Shown one piece after another: positions 19,735 to 28,646 of a stretch of 64,000 nt of DNA (position 1 is its first letter; each line of letters opens with the position of its first letter). The stretch is taken from contig JAUQWV010000003.1 in assembly GCA_030834985.1 (NCBI GenBank), positions 143,387-207,386 of the forward strand. Reading direction: 5' to 3'. The translations under genes were made by a program, and so were the position numbers. This DNA is from Candidatus Dojkabacteria bacterium (GTDB taxonomy: Bacteria; Patescibacteriota; Dojkabacteria; J137). The notes beneath the pieces are model-generated. The model worked only from the letters and a program-made list of their open reading frames with translations, was not told the origin of the DNA and ran no database searches.

Positions 19735-20840
19735 TACACCCAATAGCTAGGTTTAAGAGCCCCTCCCAACTGGCGCTTAAATTTATTTAAATCTGAAAAT
19801 TCTGATCCACCTAGATTAACGTACTCATAGCCTTTCTGCTTTAAAAGGCTAAATAATTCTACATAAGCAAATGTTGACATAGCAGACAAGCCAATTCTTT
19901 CGTCTGCATTCCATACCGCTCCTGTTAAATTGGTTAGAACACTTTCATCTCGAAGTGTGAATGGTGTATAAAGCGCAAACGTATCTGGCGATATACTTTC
20001 GCCAACAAAAACAGATACTGGAAATTTTCCAAGAAATCCTAAAAGCCCTACGCAAGCTTCATTCTTTAGAATTTTTGAGCTTATCGAATTGATATGGTCT
20101 TCTATTGAAGAACCCGCTCGTTTACCTTGCCTAGTAAGCATATCAAAATGAGAAGTAATGACATCTAAAGCCTGGACTGCATTCTTCCCTGTTAGAGATT
20201 CTAGCCTATATTTTATATCATTTCTTTGTAAAAAATTTCTAAATCTGGCATATGCATATTTAACTTTTTTGCCGCTATCACCCTCTAAATGATGTATTTT
20301 GTTTACTCTTCTTTCCTTACCATCTAAAATTACTACATCATCTATCTTAACTAAGCAATTATTAAATGTTTCGTCTTCCTCAGGAGATTCTGGACAGAAA
20401 GGATATTCTTTAACTGGCAAATAACCTTTTTTTATAAACTCAACATATAGATTTAAATCCAGATATCTAATATATACTCCCTGAATAGGTAATTCCTTAT
20501 TGCTAAATACTCTTTGTATAAAGGTATTTACCTTATCAACAATAGCAGATCCGGTTGGAGCAACAACAAACAAATAACCATTCTTATCATCTTCTTTCTT
20601 TTTAAAAAAGCTTATTGAAAAAATCGATTTACCATCTTCGTAAACTAATCCATATTTATGAAGAGAACTAGCGCCTCGAGGATTATTTCCATTCGAATAC
20701 AGTGAAAAGGCTAATGAGCTAATTCCGAAATTTCCATTTTTATATTTATTAACTTTTTCGAAATCTTTATCTGGGTTGAACGGAGATACATGTGTTAATT
20801 CTTTCAACAGGAATTCTTCAACTTTGTCTCTGTCTGTCAT
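19683..20840 (-). CDS. DUF2156/FemX-like double-GNAT protein (putative aminoacyl-tRNA-dependent or acyl transferase)
   Basis: LEGDSGKKVKYAYARF and YVNLGGSEFSDLNKFKRQLG resemble DUF2156/MprF C-terminal/Fem motifs; ATG at 20840 assumed. Confidence 0.55.
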   Translation of the reverse strand: MTDRDKVEEFLLKELTHVSPFNPDKDFEKVNKYKNGNFGISSLAFSLYSNGNNPRGASSLHKYGLVYEDGKSIFSISFFKKKEDDKNGYLFVVAPTGSAIVDKVNTFIQRVFSNKELPIQGVYIRYLDLNLYVEFIKKGYLPVKEYPFCPESPEEDETFNNCLVKIDDVVILDGKERRVNKIHHLEGDSGKKVKYAYARFRNFLQRNDIKYRLESLTGKNAVQALDVITSHFDMLTRQGKRAGSSIEDHINSISSKILKNEACVGLLGFLGKFPVSVFVGESISPDTFALYTPFTLRDESVLTNLTGAVWNADERIGLSAMSTFAYVELFSLLKQKGYEYVNLGGSEFSDLNKFKRQLGGALKPSYWVYQSRALHTKSNTAAVLL

Positions 20841-20895
20841 AAAAGCATTATAAATCAAGGGATTATATCATATTTAAGATATATTAGTTTTACCT

Positions 20896-21690
20896 CTAAT
20901 CAATGCTTTCCCAGACAATATTGTGCAAGTATATTAGAAATTTACTTATCTCTATAGAATTTAGCTTTAAGGAAAATGGAGTTGTATGCTTAAAGTTAGA
21001 AAAAATAATATAAGATTTTGTTATAAAAATATCTGTTAATTCACTTTCTCTTAATAAGGGAGAATCTTTTATAACTTTAAATTCATAGTCAGTGTAATCA
21101 TAAGCTTTTATATTTTCTTTAAGCTCCCTAACCGAATCACCGTCTATGACCAAGTCTTTGAACTTACGCTTCTTATTTAATCTATTAGCCTGCGATTGCA
21201 GAAATAAACCCTTTGGAAATGTCTTATAGTAGTCATCCAATCTACATATTGAATATACTTCTGGAATATTGACAGTAGATCTGTATAATCTAAGAACCTC
21301 CTTCTTACCTAAATACAAATCTATACTACTGTCTAGAAATGACCCTGTTAACTTTAGAAGATTTAACATTTTATTTAGCGATTCTTGTGCAGATACAATA
21401 GTTTGAATCCTATCTTCTAGAATATTAAGGTTATTATGAAGAAATCTATCGAGACTACCTAACGATTTAGCCCTATACATCTTTGTCCCAGATTTGTCTT
21501 TTACAAAATAAGCTATCAGCCCTAAATCATCAAGACTATTTAAACTCTCAATTAGAGTACTTCTAGCCAAGCCTAGAACTAAGACTAATTCTTTTATTGT
21601 ACGTTCTCTAGAAAGGAGTAAGGCATATATTCTAGCTTGAGTTTTAGAGAGTCCAATCTGGTTTAGTAATTTTAATATCTCACTATCCAT
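20896..21690 (-). CDS. TrmB-family transcriptional regulator (copy 2)
   Basis: LNQIGLSKTQARIYALLL, RSTLIESLNSLDDLGLI, IDLYLGKKEV, DIFIT; ATG at 21690 (MDSEILK) preferred. Confidence 0.8.
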   Translation of the reverse strand: MDSEILKLLNQIGLSKTQARIYALLLSRERTIKELVLVLGLARSTLIESLNSLDDLGLIAYFVKDKSGTKMYRAKSLGSLDRFLHNNLNILEDRIQTIVSAQESLNKMLNLLKLTGSFLDSSIDLYLGKKEVLRLYRSTVNIPEVYSICRLDDYYKTFPKGLFLQSQANRLNKKRKFKDLVIDGDSVRELKENIKAYDYTDYEFKVIKDSPLLRESELTDIFITKSYIIFSNFKHTTPFSLKLNSIEISKFLIYLHNIVWESID

Positions 21691-21708
21691 ATCTATTATA
21701 AATAAACT

Positions 21709-21729
21709 GTGTCGGTAATTGCCCGACAC
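21709..21729. promoter_or_regulatory. Palindromic operator GTGTCGG-N7-CCGACAC
   Basis: Perfect 7-bp arms between divergent TrmB-2 and XRE-1, just downstream of a minus-strand TGCTATAAT. Confidence 0.6.
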
Positions 21730-21775
21730 TGGCATTGACCAGTATTATAGCAAAAACTTATAGGCTGTCGAAGCT

Positions 21776-22033
21776 ATGGAACAAGGCAAAAGAATTAAAT
21801 ACTTTCGCAAACGAGCAAACGTTACGCAACTCGAGCTTGAGCTACGGATTAATGCCTCATTTGGGAGTATAAGTAGAATGGAGACTGGATTGACTAATCC
21901 TACCAAAGAAACATTATTTGCCATAGCAAATGCATTAAACCTAACAGGTTTAGAAACTGCTATTTTATTCGGGATCGATATCACTTCTTATAACATTTCA
22001 CAAAGTCAGAATTTAGAAATCAAACTTCCGTAA
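21776..22033 (+). CDS. XRE/Cro-family HTH regulator (copy 1)
   Basis: GKRIKYFRKRANVTQLELE...ISRMETGLTNPTKETLFAIANAL. Confidence 0.9.
   Translation: MEQGKRIKYFRKRANVTQLELELRINASFGSISRMETGLTNPTKETLFAIANALNLTGLETAILFGIDITSYNISQSQNLEIKLP
21809..21882 (+). repeat. 74-bp exact direct repeat, copy 1 (inside XRE-1)
   Basis: Identical to 23052-23125. Confidence 0.95.
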
Positions 22034-22081
22034 ACAAACTCTATTTTTTTAATTTAAAACAAATCCTGGATCGTATTTTTA

Positions 22082-22852
22082 TTAGAAGCTTGGAGTAGGA
22101 ACTACTTCCCACATAGTCTTAAATAAAGAAATACTGGTCTGTATTATCGGCTTACTATATATTACTAGACCATTTATATCTTTATCCTCCTCATAAACAA
22201 GTGCTATACCTTTAGCAGTTATCATATAGTCTAAAACATCAAAGTTATCCTCACACTTTAAGAATTTACAGCTATAAGTAGGGTATTTAAGCATTGATTT
22301 CACAAACTCATTCATAATCTTCCCATTAATTATTATGTCTTTAAGTATCATCCCACCTTCTAATGCGGTCTGAAATTTATTTACATTTTCGGGGAATAGA
22401 TCTGCTGTAAAGACAGAATTAACATAAGAATAAACTTCTTTGGATGTTAATACGAAATCATAAAGTCGCCTACAATTTTCTATTCCTTCAAACATCCTAA
22501 TATCTGCGAATGTAGTTTCTTTGAGATTATTAACAGAAGCATTAATAGAGCTAATTAAGTTCAGAACATTACCTTTTCTTCTTTTTACCTCTAGCTCTTG
22601 CTGTTCTATGAGACTTCTAAACCTTTCTGGATCTTCTGCTATTATATGTCTTCTATTAGTTTTCTTTATTTCACTTACTAAGCGTTTATCTAATAAGGAA
22701 CCAACAACCATATGGACTGTTGACCTATTTATTTTTGTATATTTAGATATACTTAAAATTGTACTTGGCCCCCTTTTAAGCAAGAAAAGATAAACCTTTG
22801 ATTCATTCTGAGTTAACCCTAAATCAGTTAAACTTACTTCTAAATTATTCAT
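22082..22852 (-). CDS. TrmB-family transcriptional regulator (copy 3)
   Basis: LTDLGLTQNESKVYLFLLKRG, RSTVHMVVGSLLDKRLV, AEDP, IRMFEGIEN. Confidence 0.85.
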   Translation of the reverse strand: MNNLEVSLTDLGLTQNESKVYLFLLKRGPSTILSISKYTKINRSTVHMVVGSLLDKRLVSEIKKTNRRHIIAEDPERFRSLIEQQELEVKRRKGNVLNLISSINASVNNLKETTFADIRMFEGIENCRRLYDFVLTSKEVYSYVNSVFTADLFPENVNKFQTALEGGMILKDIIINGKIMNEFVKSMLKYPTYSCKFLKCEDNFDVLDYMITAKGIALVYEEDKDINGLVIYSKPIIQTSISLFKTMWEVVPTPSF

Positions 22853-22947
22853 TGTATAAGGTTTACTAACATTTAAAAGATATTAATAAGCAAATGACAG
22901 ATATGTACAGGTTATTAGCAAGTTAGTAACGTCAATCTACTCCTAAC

Positions 22948-22976
22948 ATTTTGTTGCATAAATTTTGCAACAAAAT
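22948..22976. promoter_or_regulatory. Palindromic operator ATTTTGTTGCA-N7-TGCAACAAAAT
   Basis: Perfect 11-bp arms between divergent TrmB-3 and XRE-2. Confidence 0.65.
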
Positions 22977-23015
22977 ATATCCTGATTTTAGCATAGTAAG
23001 TAAAATCCTTATATT

Positions 23016-23300
23016 ATGCTAACAATAGGTCAAAGAATAAAACACTTCCGTAAACGAGCAAACGTTACGCAACTCGAGCTTGAGCTACGGATTAATGCCT
23101 CATTTGGGAGTATAAGTAGAATGGAAAATGGGTTAACTAACCCTACAAAAGAAACCCTGTTTGCGATTGCAAACGCATTAAACCTAACAGGACTAGAAAC
23201 TGCTATTCTTTTTGGGATTGACATAGGGTCTTCCAGCGTTCTACAAAGTGAAGATTTAGAAATTAAAGTTCTGCAATCTGATAATATTCATTCAATTTGA
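23016..23300 (+). CDS. XRE/Cro-family HTH regulator (copy 2)
   Basis: Near-identical protein to 21776-22033. Confidence 0.9.
   Translation: MLTIGQRIKHFRKRANVTQLELELRINASFGSISRMENGLTNPTKETLFAIANALNLTGLETAILFGIDIGSSSVLQSEDLEIKVLQSDNIHSI
23052..23125 (+). repeat. 74-bp exact direct repeat, copy 2 (inside XRE-2)
   Basis: Identical to 21809-21882. Confidence 0.95.
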
Positions 23301-25092
23301 AACCTCTTTTGTCGTAATATTCTCTTGTACCAATGCTTGAGATCACTGCAAGTTTAGTAAAGCCTTTTTCTTTAGCTATCTCTTTAGCTTTTTGTATAAG
23401 TTGAGTGCCCAAGCCTAGGTGCTGCGCTTGTCCGCTGGAGGTTTTATCGAATTCTAGGCTTGGGCCATAAACATGGACTTCACGAATAATGGCACAATCG
23501 TCTAGCTCATTTGTAATTATATTCTCTTTGCTTTTAGGCAAAGATAACCTCAAAAAGCCTGCAATTTCATTTTTAGCAGTTATAAACTGTAGGAATAGCT
23601 CATTAGCTATTTCTGTTGAATAGGGCACAATATCAAGCTTTAAATCTTCAAATTTTAGGTTCCTAAACTTAACTTCCCGCGCTCGAATATTTTGATTCTT
23701 GCGGCCTTCCTTTGCTAGTTTATATTCAATAACTTCTCGAAGATTTGTAGTTTTATTGCCGTCTGCAATCTCTGTAGATGGAATATCCCTAATAATTCTT
23801 GTCAGACGGCAATACTGAGGAGTTGCCTCTATACAATCAGCTATTAGATTTATAAGCTGTTGAGTAGTATATGGCTTGTATTTACCTTCTTGCCAATAGT
23901 TATATAATTCAGTATTTTTAATAATTGAAGTAGGGTAGATTTTCAGCTCATCAGGCTTATATTGTTCACTTTCAAATAGTTCTTTATATACTTTCAAATC
24001 AATTTCAGGAGTCGCTCCATACAAATTAGGCATTATGTGAGCATGGATTTTAAAACCGCCTGCACGAAGCAGCTGGAAGGCCCGTGAAGTTTCTGCACGA
24101 TGTTCCCCGCGCTTATTTAAATCACTTATCCTATCATCTAGAGTTTGGATTCCTAGTTGTATTTTTGTTGCGCCAAGCTTACGCAAGTCCAGAACGTCTG
24201 CGGGAGTAATTGTATCTGGCCTGGTCTCTAAAACCAAACCTACACAACGGCATGAAGATTTTGAGTTTTCGTCCTGAACATTAATCAGATCATTCCACTC
24301 GATATCTTTTTCTTCAATAATCTTTGCCTTAAAAGCCTCTTTAAATTCCTTTGTTTGAATTAACTGATTATATGGTTTATTACCATAAATCTTACGTAAA
24401 TCAGTATTGATATCGTTTTTTAAATCATTTTCTATATTTATACCTTTTAAGTCTTCCAGATCGGACATGTTTTGATGAAATACATTGTCATTATCATGGA
24501 GCCTGCTAAATTCGTTCATTGCTCTAAAACACTCATGAATGAACCAAATCTTGTATTTTTTTGGGTAATAGCTCCATGTTCCGCCTAATATGAGTAATTC
24601 AATTTTCTGAGTAGGGTGCCCAATATTTTTAAGGGCCTGTAGTCGATTAAAAACCTGAGCATAAGGGCTAAAGCGGTTCATTAAAGCACGCTGGGCACCC
24701 GGCTCTGTCGCAATATAGCTTTTAGGCATTCGCACATCATTTGGACAAAATACACACTGGCCTGGACATGCAAATGGTTTAGTAAGCACTGTTACTGTAG
24801 TTACGCCTGAAACCGTTCGCATAGGTTTCAATTTTATTTGGTCAATAATTCTTTCTAGCCCACTAATATCATTACCTGATAGCTTAATACCTTCAATACT
24901 ACCTACTTTTATAAAGTGATTTATACCTGCAATAACCTGATCCCTGCCAAAAATCTCATTTTTATCCTTTGGATATTTTCTTAAAATTTTATCTAAAGTC
25001 TTAAGATTAAACTTTTTGGCACTTAAAATAGCGGCAACAATAGAAGCTAAATCTGATTTGTATTTTTCGATATTAAATTGGTAATTCTGCAT
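23263..25092 (-). CDS. elp3: Elp3 tRNA uridine(34) acetyltransferase (radical SAM plus KAT)
   Basis: KPMRTVSGV, CPGQCVFCP, PKSYI, GGTW, ETRPD, PDELKIYP, RIIRDIP, IRAREV, REVHVYG, QHLGLG, ISSIGTREYY. Confidence 0.95.
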   Translation of the reverse strand: MQNYQFNIEKYKSDLASIVAAILSAKKFNLKTLDKILRKYPKDKNEIFGRDQVIAGINHFIKVGSIEGIKLSGNDISGLERIIDQIKLKPMRTVSGVTTVTVLTKPFACPGQCVFCPNDVRMPKSYIATEPGAQRALMNRFSPYAQVFNRLQALKNIGHPTQKIELLILGGTWSYYPKKYKIWFIHECFRAMNEFSRLHDNDNVFHQNMSDLEDLKGINIENDLKNDINTDLRKIYGNKPYNQLIQTKEFKEAFKAKIIEEKDIEWNDLINVQDENSKSSCRCVGLVLETRPDTITPADVLDLRKLGATKIQLGIQTLDDRISDLNKRGEHRAETSRAFQLLRAGGFKIHAHIMPNLYGATPEIDLKVYKELFESEQYKPDELKIYPTSIIKNTELYNYWQEGKYKPYTTQQLINLIADCIEATPQYCRLTRIIRDIPSTEIADGNKTTNLREVIEYKLAKEGRKNQNIRAREVKFRNLKFEDLKLDIVPYSTEIANELFLQFITAKNEIAGFLRLSLPKSKENIITNELDDCAIIREVHVYGPSLEFDKTSSGQAQHLGLGTQLIQKAKEIAKEKGFTKLAVISSIGTREYYDKRGFKLNEYYQIAEL

Positions 25093-25144
25093 TGGGTAAT
25101 TTTAACACGCACTTCTGATACAATATCAGTAGTTATTTATTTGT

Positions 25145-25831
25145 ATGGACCTTTATTCTACTTACGCAGAGGATTTCTCAAAAACAAGGCAAGCTCCATG
25201 GGATGGATGGAAAAAGACACTTAAATATATTAATTCGCTTACCAAACCTAAAGTATTAGATTTAGGCTGCGGAAATGGCCGTTTTTTAAAGTTTTTGGTT
25301 AATTCTGGTGTAAACTTGGGTGAATATACTGGTGTAGATAATTCATCTGAACTTTTAAAGATGACCGATGACTTTATGCATCAAATTCAAGCAACTAATC
25401 GGTTATCTAAATTTGAGCTTTTAAATTTAGACTTTGAGGACTTAAAGTGGGGTACCCATATAAACCAAACCTACAACCTGATAGTAGCATTTGGCATTAC
25501 TCATCACTTAAAAACAGTAGAATCGCGAAGACAATTTTTTAATACAATAAATTTCTTGTTAGAGAAAGACGGATTTTTGATTGTTACTTTCTGGGAATTC
25601 CTAAAAATTGATAGATACAAAGAGAAGTTGACGCCTGTAGTTATTGAAAGTTCACAAAATGATTTTGAGATGACATTTGGTACAAATGGAGCAAAGAGAT
25701 TTTGTCATTACTATAATCCGCTAGAGATTATTGAACTAACTAGCCATCTTCCATTAAAAATAATGGAAGAATATAACGAAGATGGAGTAGAAAATAACCA
25801 AAACCATTATATTGTTTACAAAAAACTTTAA
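25145..25831 (+). CDS. Class I SAM-dependent methyltransferase, Trm9/ALKBH8-like
   Basis: YSTYAEDFSKTRQAPW N-terminal motif, VLDLGCGNGR, ITHHL, RFCHYY. Confidence 0.75.
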   Translation: MDLYSTYAEDFSKTRQAPWDGWKKTLKYINSLTKPKVLDLGCGNGRFLKFLVNSGVNLGEYTGVDNSSELLKMTDDFMHQIQATNRLSKFELLNLDFEDLKWGTHINQTYNLIVAFGITHHLKTVESRRQFFNTINFLLEKDGFLIVTFWEFLKIDRYKEKLTPVVIESSQNDFEMTFGTNGAKRFCHYYNPLEIIELTSHLPLKIMEEYNEDGVENNQNHYIVYKKL

Positions 25832-26511
25832 TGGACTTCAAAAGGAGAGGTACAAGCAACCTAGATATTAGAAGTAGGAAGCTAAAAACAAAGCTTATCG
25901 TTTTTCGCGATAAACATTTTAATTTAAGATCTATTTTAAAATTAATATTACCTATTGTGATTGTGGCGGCGCTGATGCCGTTAGCTTTGTACTTTTTAGT
26001 AACATGGACCTATCAGCGCCGCACAATCACCACTCCTCAAGAAATCCCATTAGAGCTGCGTACTGGCGTTGTCATGTTGCGCCAGGAAGATATCTTATAC
26101 GACTTTGACAACGCCAGGCAACTAATTAACCAAATGTTAGATTTATACACTAAAAAAAGAGTAACTCAAGTATTCATCATTGCTTACAACGATAACAGAA
26201 CTGTTGTTTCATCAATTGAACCTTTTGAGCAGTTCTTTAAAGATATTCCAACTGATAATTACAAAATTGATATCTCTGCTAAAAATATCTTTGAAGCATG
26301 TAATACAATTTCGGAAAAATATCAAACTCAAAAGTTTCTACTTACTTCGTACCGAAATGTTTTGCCACGTATGAGTTATGCATGCAACGTTGAAGGACAA
26401 TATGTAAAGCCATACTTGCCTAGAGAGTATCAATTTACAACCCAGGAAGATGATTTTAAAGATACGCTTGATATAATATTAAAAAGTATCTTTCCAAATA
26501 CACAAGAATAG
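25831..26511 (+). CDS. Membrane-anchored protein, possibly a degenerate SanA/DUF218 family member
   Basis: Single TM followed by TITTPQEIP..RTGVVML; translationally coupled to the methyltransferase. Confidence 0.45.
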   Translation: MDFKRRGTSNLDIRSRKLKTKLIVFRDKHFNLRSILKLILPIVIVAALMPLALYFLVTWTYQRRTITTPQEIPLELRTGVVMLRQEDILYDFDNARQLINQMLDLYTKKRVTQVFIIAYNDNRTVVSSIEPFEQFFKDIPTDNYKIDISAKNIFEACNTISEKYQTQKFLLTSYRNVLPRMSYACNVEGQYVKPYLPREYQFTTQEDDFKDTLDIILKSIFPNTQE

Positions 26512-26566
26512 TACTTAAAACCAGCCTGACTAAGTTGTACAATGATAGAAGATTATCCGAACTTTT

Positions 26567-27670
26567 ATGAAAGATAAAAAAGTCATATTCATTGGAGTGA
26601 TTGCACTTGTAATCTGCATTGTCTTACTAGCAACAATACTGCTGCTTTCATTACTATCTGGAATGAATAATACTAATAATACAAATCCGCCTGTTTCAAC
26701 TCCTGTAAGCTTGCCGGTAAATATTATAGATTTAACAAACGCACCTGGTGGACGATTTGAATATGCTGTAATTAAGCCTGACGACACAATTGAACTGAAA
26801 AATAAAATGAACGAAAGGTTCATTATCGGGTTAGAAAAACGTGAGTGGAAAAGCTTATCCTGGAGTCCAGACGGCAAGCTTGTAGCCACACTTGGTAAAT
26901 CAGCAGAGGATATATACGACATATACATATACAATATTGAAAGCAAAACTTGGTCAACTGCAACAGATTATAGAAATTTTGAAGATGGAGTTGATCAATA
27001 TGTGTGGACTGATAACAATACAATCCTTTATACTCAAGGTCAGGCACCTAACCGATGGCTGCATAGATTTAATTATTTATCTAAAGAAATACTAAAAGCA
27101 TCTAATATTCTAGGAAATATTGTAAGCGTTAGTCCTAATAGAAATTTTGTTGTTATTAAAGATACAGTAAGTGCACCAGAAATTTATGATTCTAACGGAG
27201 TAAAATTAACAACTGTAGCTAATATTCGAGATCTTGAAACACAAAGCCCTATTGCATTTAGTCAAGTTGAATTCTTTAAAGATTCAGATAAAATCTTAGC
27301 TAAAACCTTAACCAATAGTTATTACAAGATGAATCTGGGAGACACTAACGCAGTAGTCACAACGCTACCTAGTACCTACCAAACATTATGTTCTTTAAGC
27401 GATAATTCGTTTGGTGTGTTTGATATTGATGGCAATACTTTGACTTATGCTACATTTAACTCTCGAGACGATCTGCTAAATATTTTAGTAGAAGAGGAAT
27501 TCAAAAAACCATTTAGTATTAATAAGGAGCTTTCGTACTGCATCAATAGCACTGCATATATAAAAGTAGAATTTACAGATTTAACAACTAAATGGTATAA
27601 ACTAACCAATACTACACTAGAAGAAGACCTAGTGCTTGTTGATAATATAGAAATAGCAATTATTAAATAA
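26567..27670 (+). CDS. Membrane-anchored TolB-like beta-propeller protein
   Basis: N-terminal TM, low-complexity linker, SWSPDGK and VSPN repeats. Confidence 0.7.
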   Translation: MKDKKVIFIGVIALVICIVLLATILLLSLLSGMNNTNNTNPPVSTPVSLPVNIIDLTNAPGGRFEYAVIKPDDTIELKNKMNERFIIGLEKREWKSLSWSPDGKLVATLGKSAEDIYDIYIYNIESKTWSTATDYRNFEDGVDQYVWTDNNTILYTQGQAPNRWLHRFNYLSKEILKASNILGNIVSVSPNRNFVVIKDTVSAPEIYDSNGVKLTTVANIRDLETQSPIAFSQVEFFKDSDKILAKTLTNSYYKMNLGDTNAVVTTLPSTYQTLCSLSDNSFGVFDIDGNTLTYATFNSRDDLLNILVEEEFKKPFSINKELSYCINSTAYIKVEFTDLTTKWYKLTNTTLEEDLVLVDNIEIAIIK

Positions 27671-27672
27671 AT

Positions 27673-28026
27673 ATGAATTCCAAAGACCTACTGCAAAAGG
27701 CCGAAGACTATTTAGCAAATGAAGGTGTTGACGTTAGCGGTAAATCTGACAGTGAAACGTTAAAAGAATATATTTTACCTGCTATGGAATCTTCTAAAGA
27801 TGTATTAAGTGCTATTTATGCTTTTCAATCACGTGGTAGAGCTGGGTTCTTAGGCAAAATCAAAACATTCGTTCAAAGAAAAATCATATTCACAGTAATT
27901 AACGTGATTGAAAAGCAGAGCATGCGGCAGCAAAAATTTAACGAACTTACATATAGAGCAGTTGAGAAACTAATTGCAGAAAATGAAAGTCTTAAAAAAG
28001 AGCTTGAAGACTTAAAAAACAAATAA
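27673..28026 (+). CDS. Hypothetical protein with C-terminal coiled coil
   Basis: 117-aa ORF 2 bp downstream of the previous gene, host-like codon use. Confidence 0.6.
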   Translation: MNSKDLLQKAEDYLANEGVDVSGKSDSETLKEYILPAMESSKDVLSAIYAFQSRGRAGFLGKIKTFVQRKIIFTVINVIEKQSMRQQKFNELTYRAVEKLIAENESLKKELEDLKNK

Positions 28027-28033
28027 ACTGCTT

Positions 28034-28579
28034 TTATTTAGCCCACTTCATTTCAACATCAAAATATCTTTCCATTATAGAGCCTGTAACAAAGTGTGCT
28101 ATGTATTCCTGTATCAGTTTCAACATTATTACCAAAGCAAACATTGGTACCAAAAACGGCGGTTCAATTAAAAATGATAATTGAGGTACGATAACTCCTA
28201 TTAAAATTAAAATAAATACATTCTCATAAAAATTAGCGAACAACAAAAAGAGCTTACGCTGATGTGTTTTAAGAAAAACAAAAAAACCAAAGAGTCTGTA
28301 AGCGTAGAGTAAAGCAAGTAGCTCTCTAAAAATATAAAAGCGAGGATCTAAAATTACCAAAGCAAAGGTAATTGTATACCACACAAGGTCTAAAGTTTTA
28401 TCTATATGCTGATACTCAATACTTTTAATGCCACCTCTTGCAGCATAAAGCCCATCAAAAGCGTCAAACACAATCATAAAAAGTACAGCTAATAGAGGAT
28501 TAACAAATATCAGGAAAGGGGACACTAAACGGGCAGCAATTAGTATTATGTAGTTTAATTTATACTCGCCCTTGGTCAT
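28034..28579 (-). CDS. CDP-alcohol phosphatidyltransferase-like membrane protein
   Basis: DAFDGLYAAR...DKTLD matches DxxDGxxAR...DxxxD; multiple TMs. Confidence 0.6.
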   Translation of the reverse strand: MTKGEYKLNYIILIAARLVSPFLIFVNPLLAVLFMIVFDAFDGLYAARGGIKSIEYQHIDKTLDLVWYTITFALVILDPRFYIFRELLALLYAYRLFGFFVFLKTHQRKLFLLFANFYENVFILILIGVIVPQLSFLIEPPFLVPMFALVIMLKLIQEYIAHFVTGSIMERYFDVEMKWAK

Positions 28580-28618
28580 AATAGATTTATTCTATCATAA
28601 TTACAGATATACGTTTTG

Positions 28619-28627
28619 TGATATAAT
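28619..28627 (+). promoter_or_regulatory. Extended -10 promoter for the valS leader
   Basis: TG-A-TATAAT about 20 nt upstream of T-box stem I. Confidence 0.6.
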
Positions 28628-28646
28628 CCTTTCAAGTTCGTTATTA

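Noticed and set aside
21745-23224. Two similar antisense ORFs (21745-21984 and 23030-23224)
   Set aside because: They are the reverse-strand shadows of the duplicated XRE genes, with no independent coding signal
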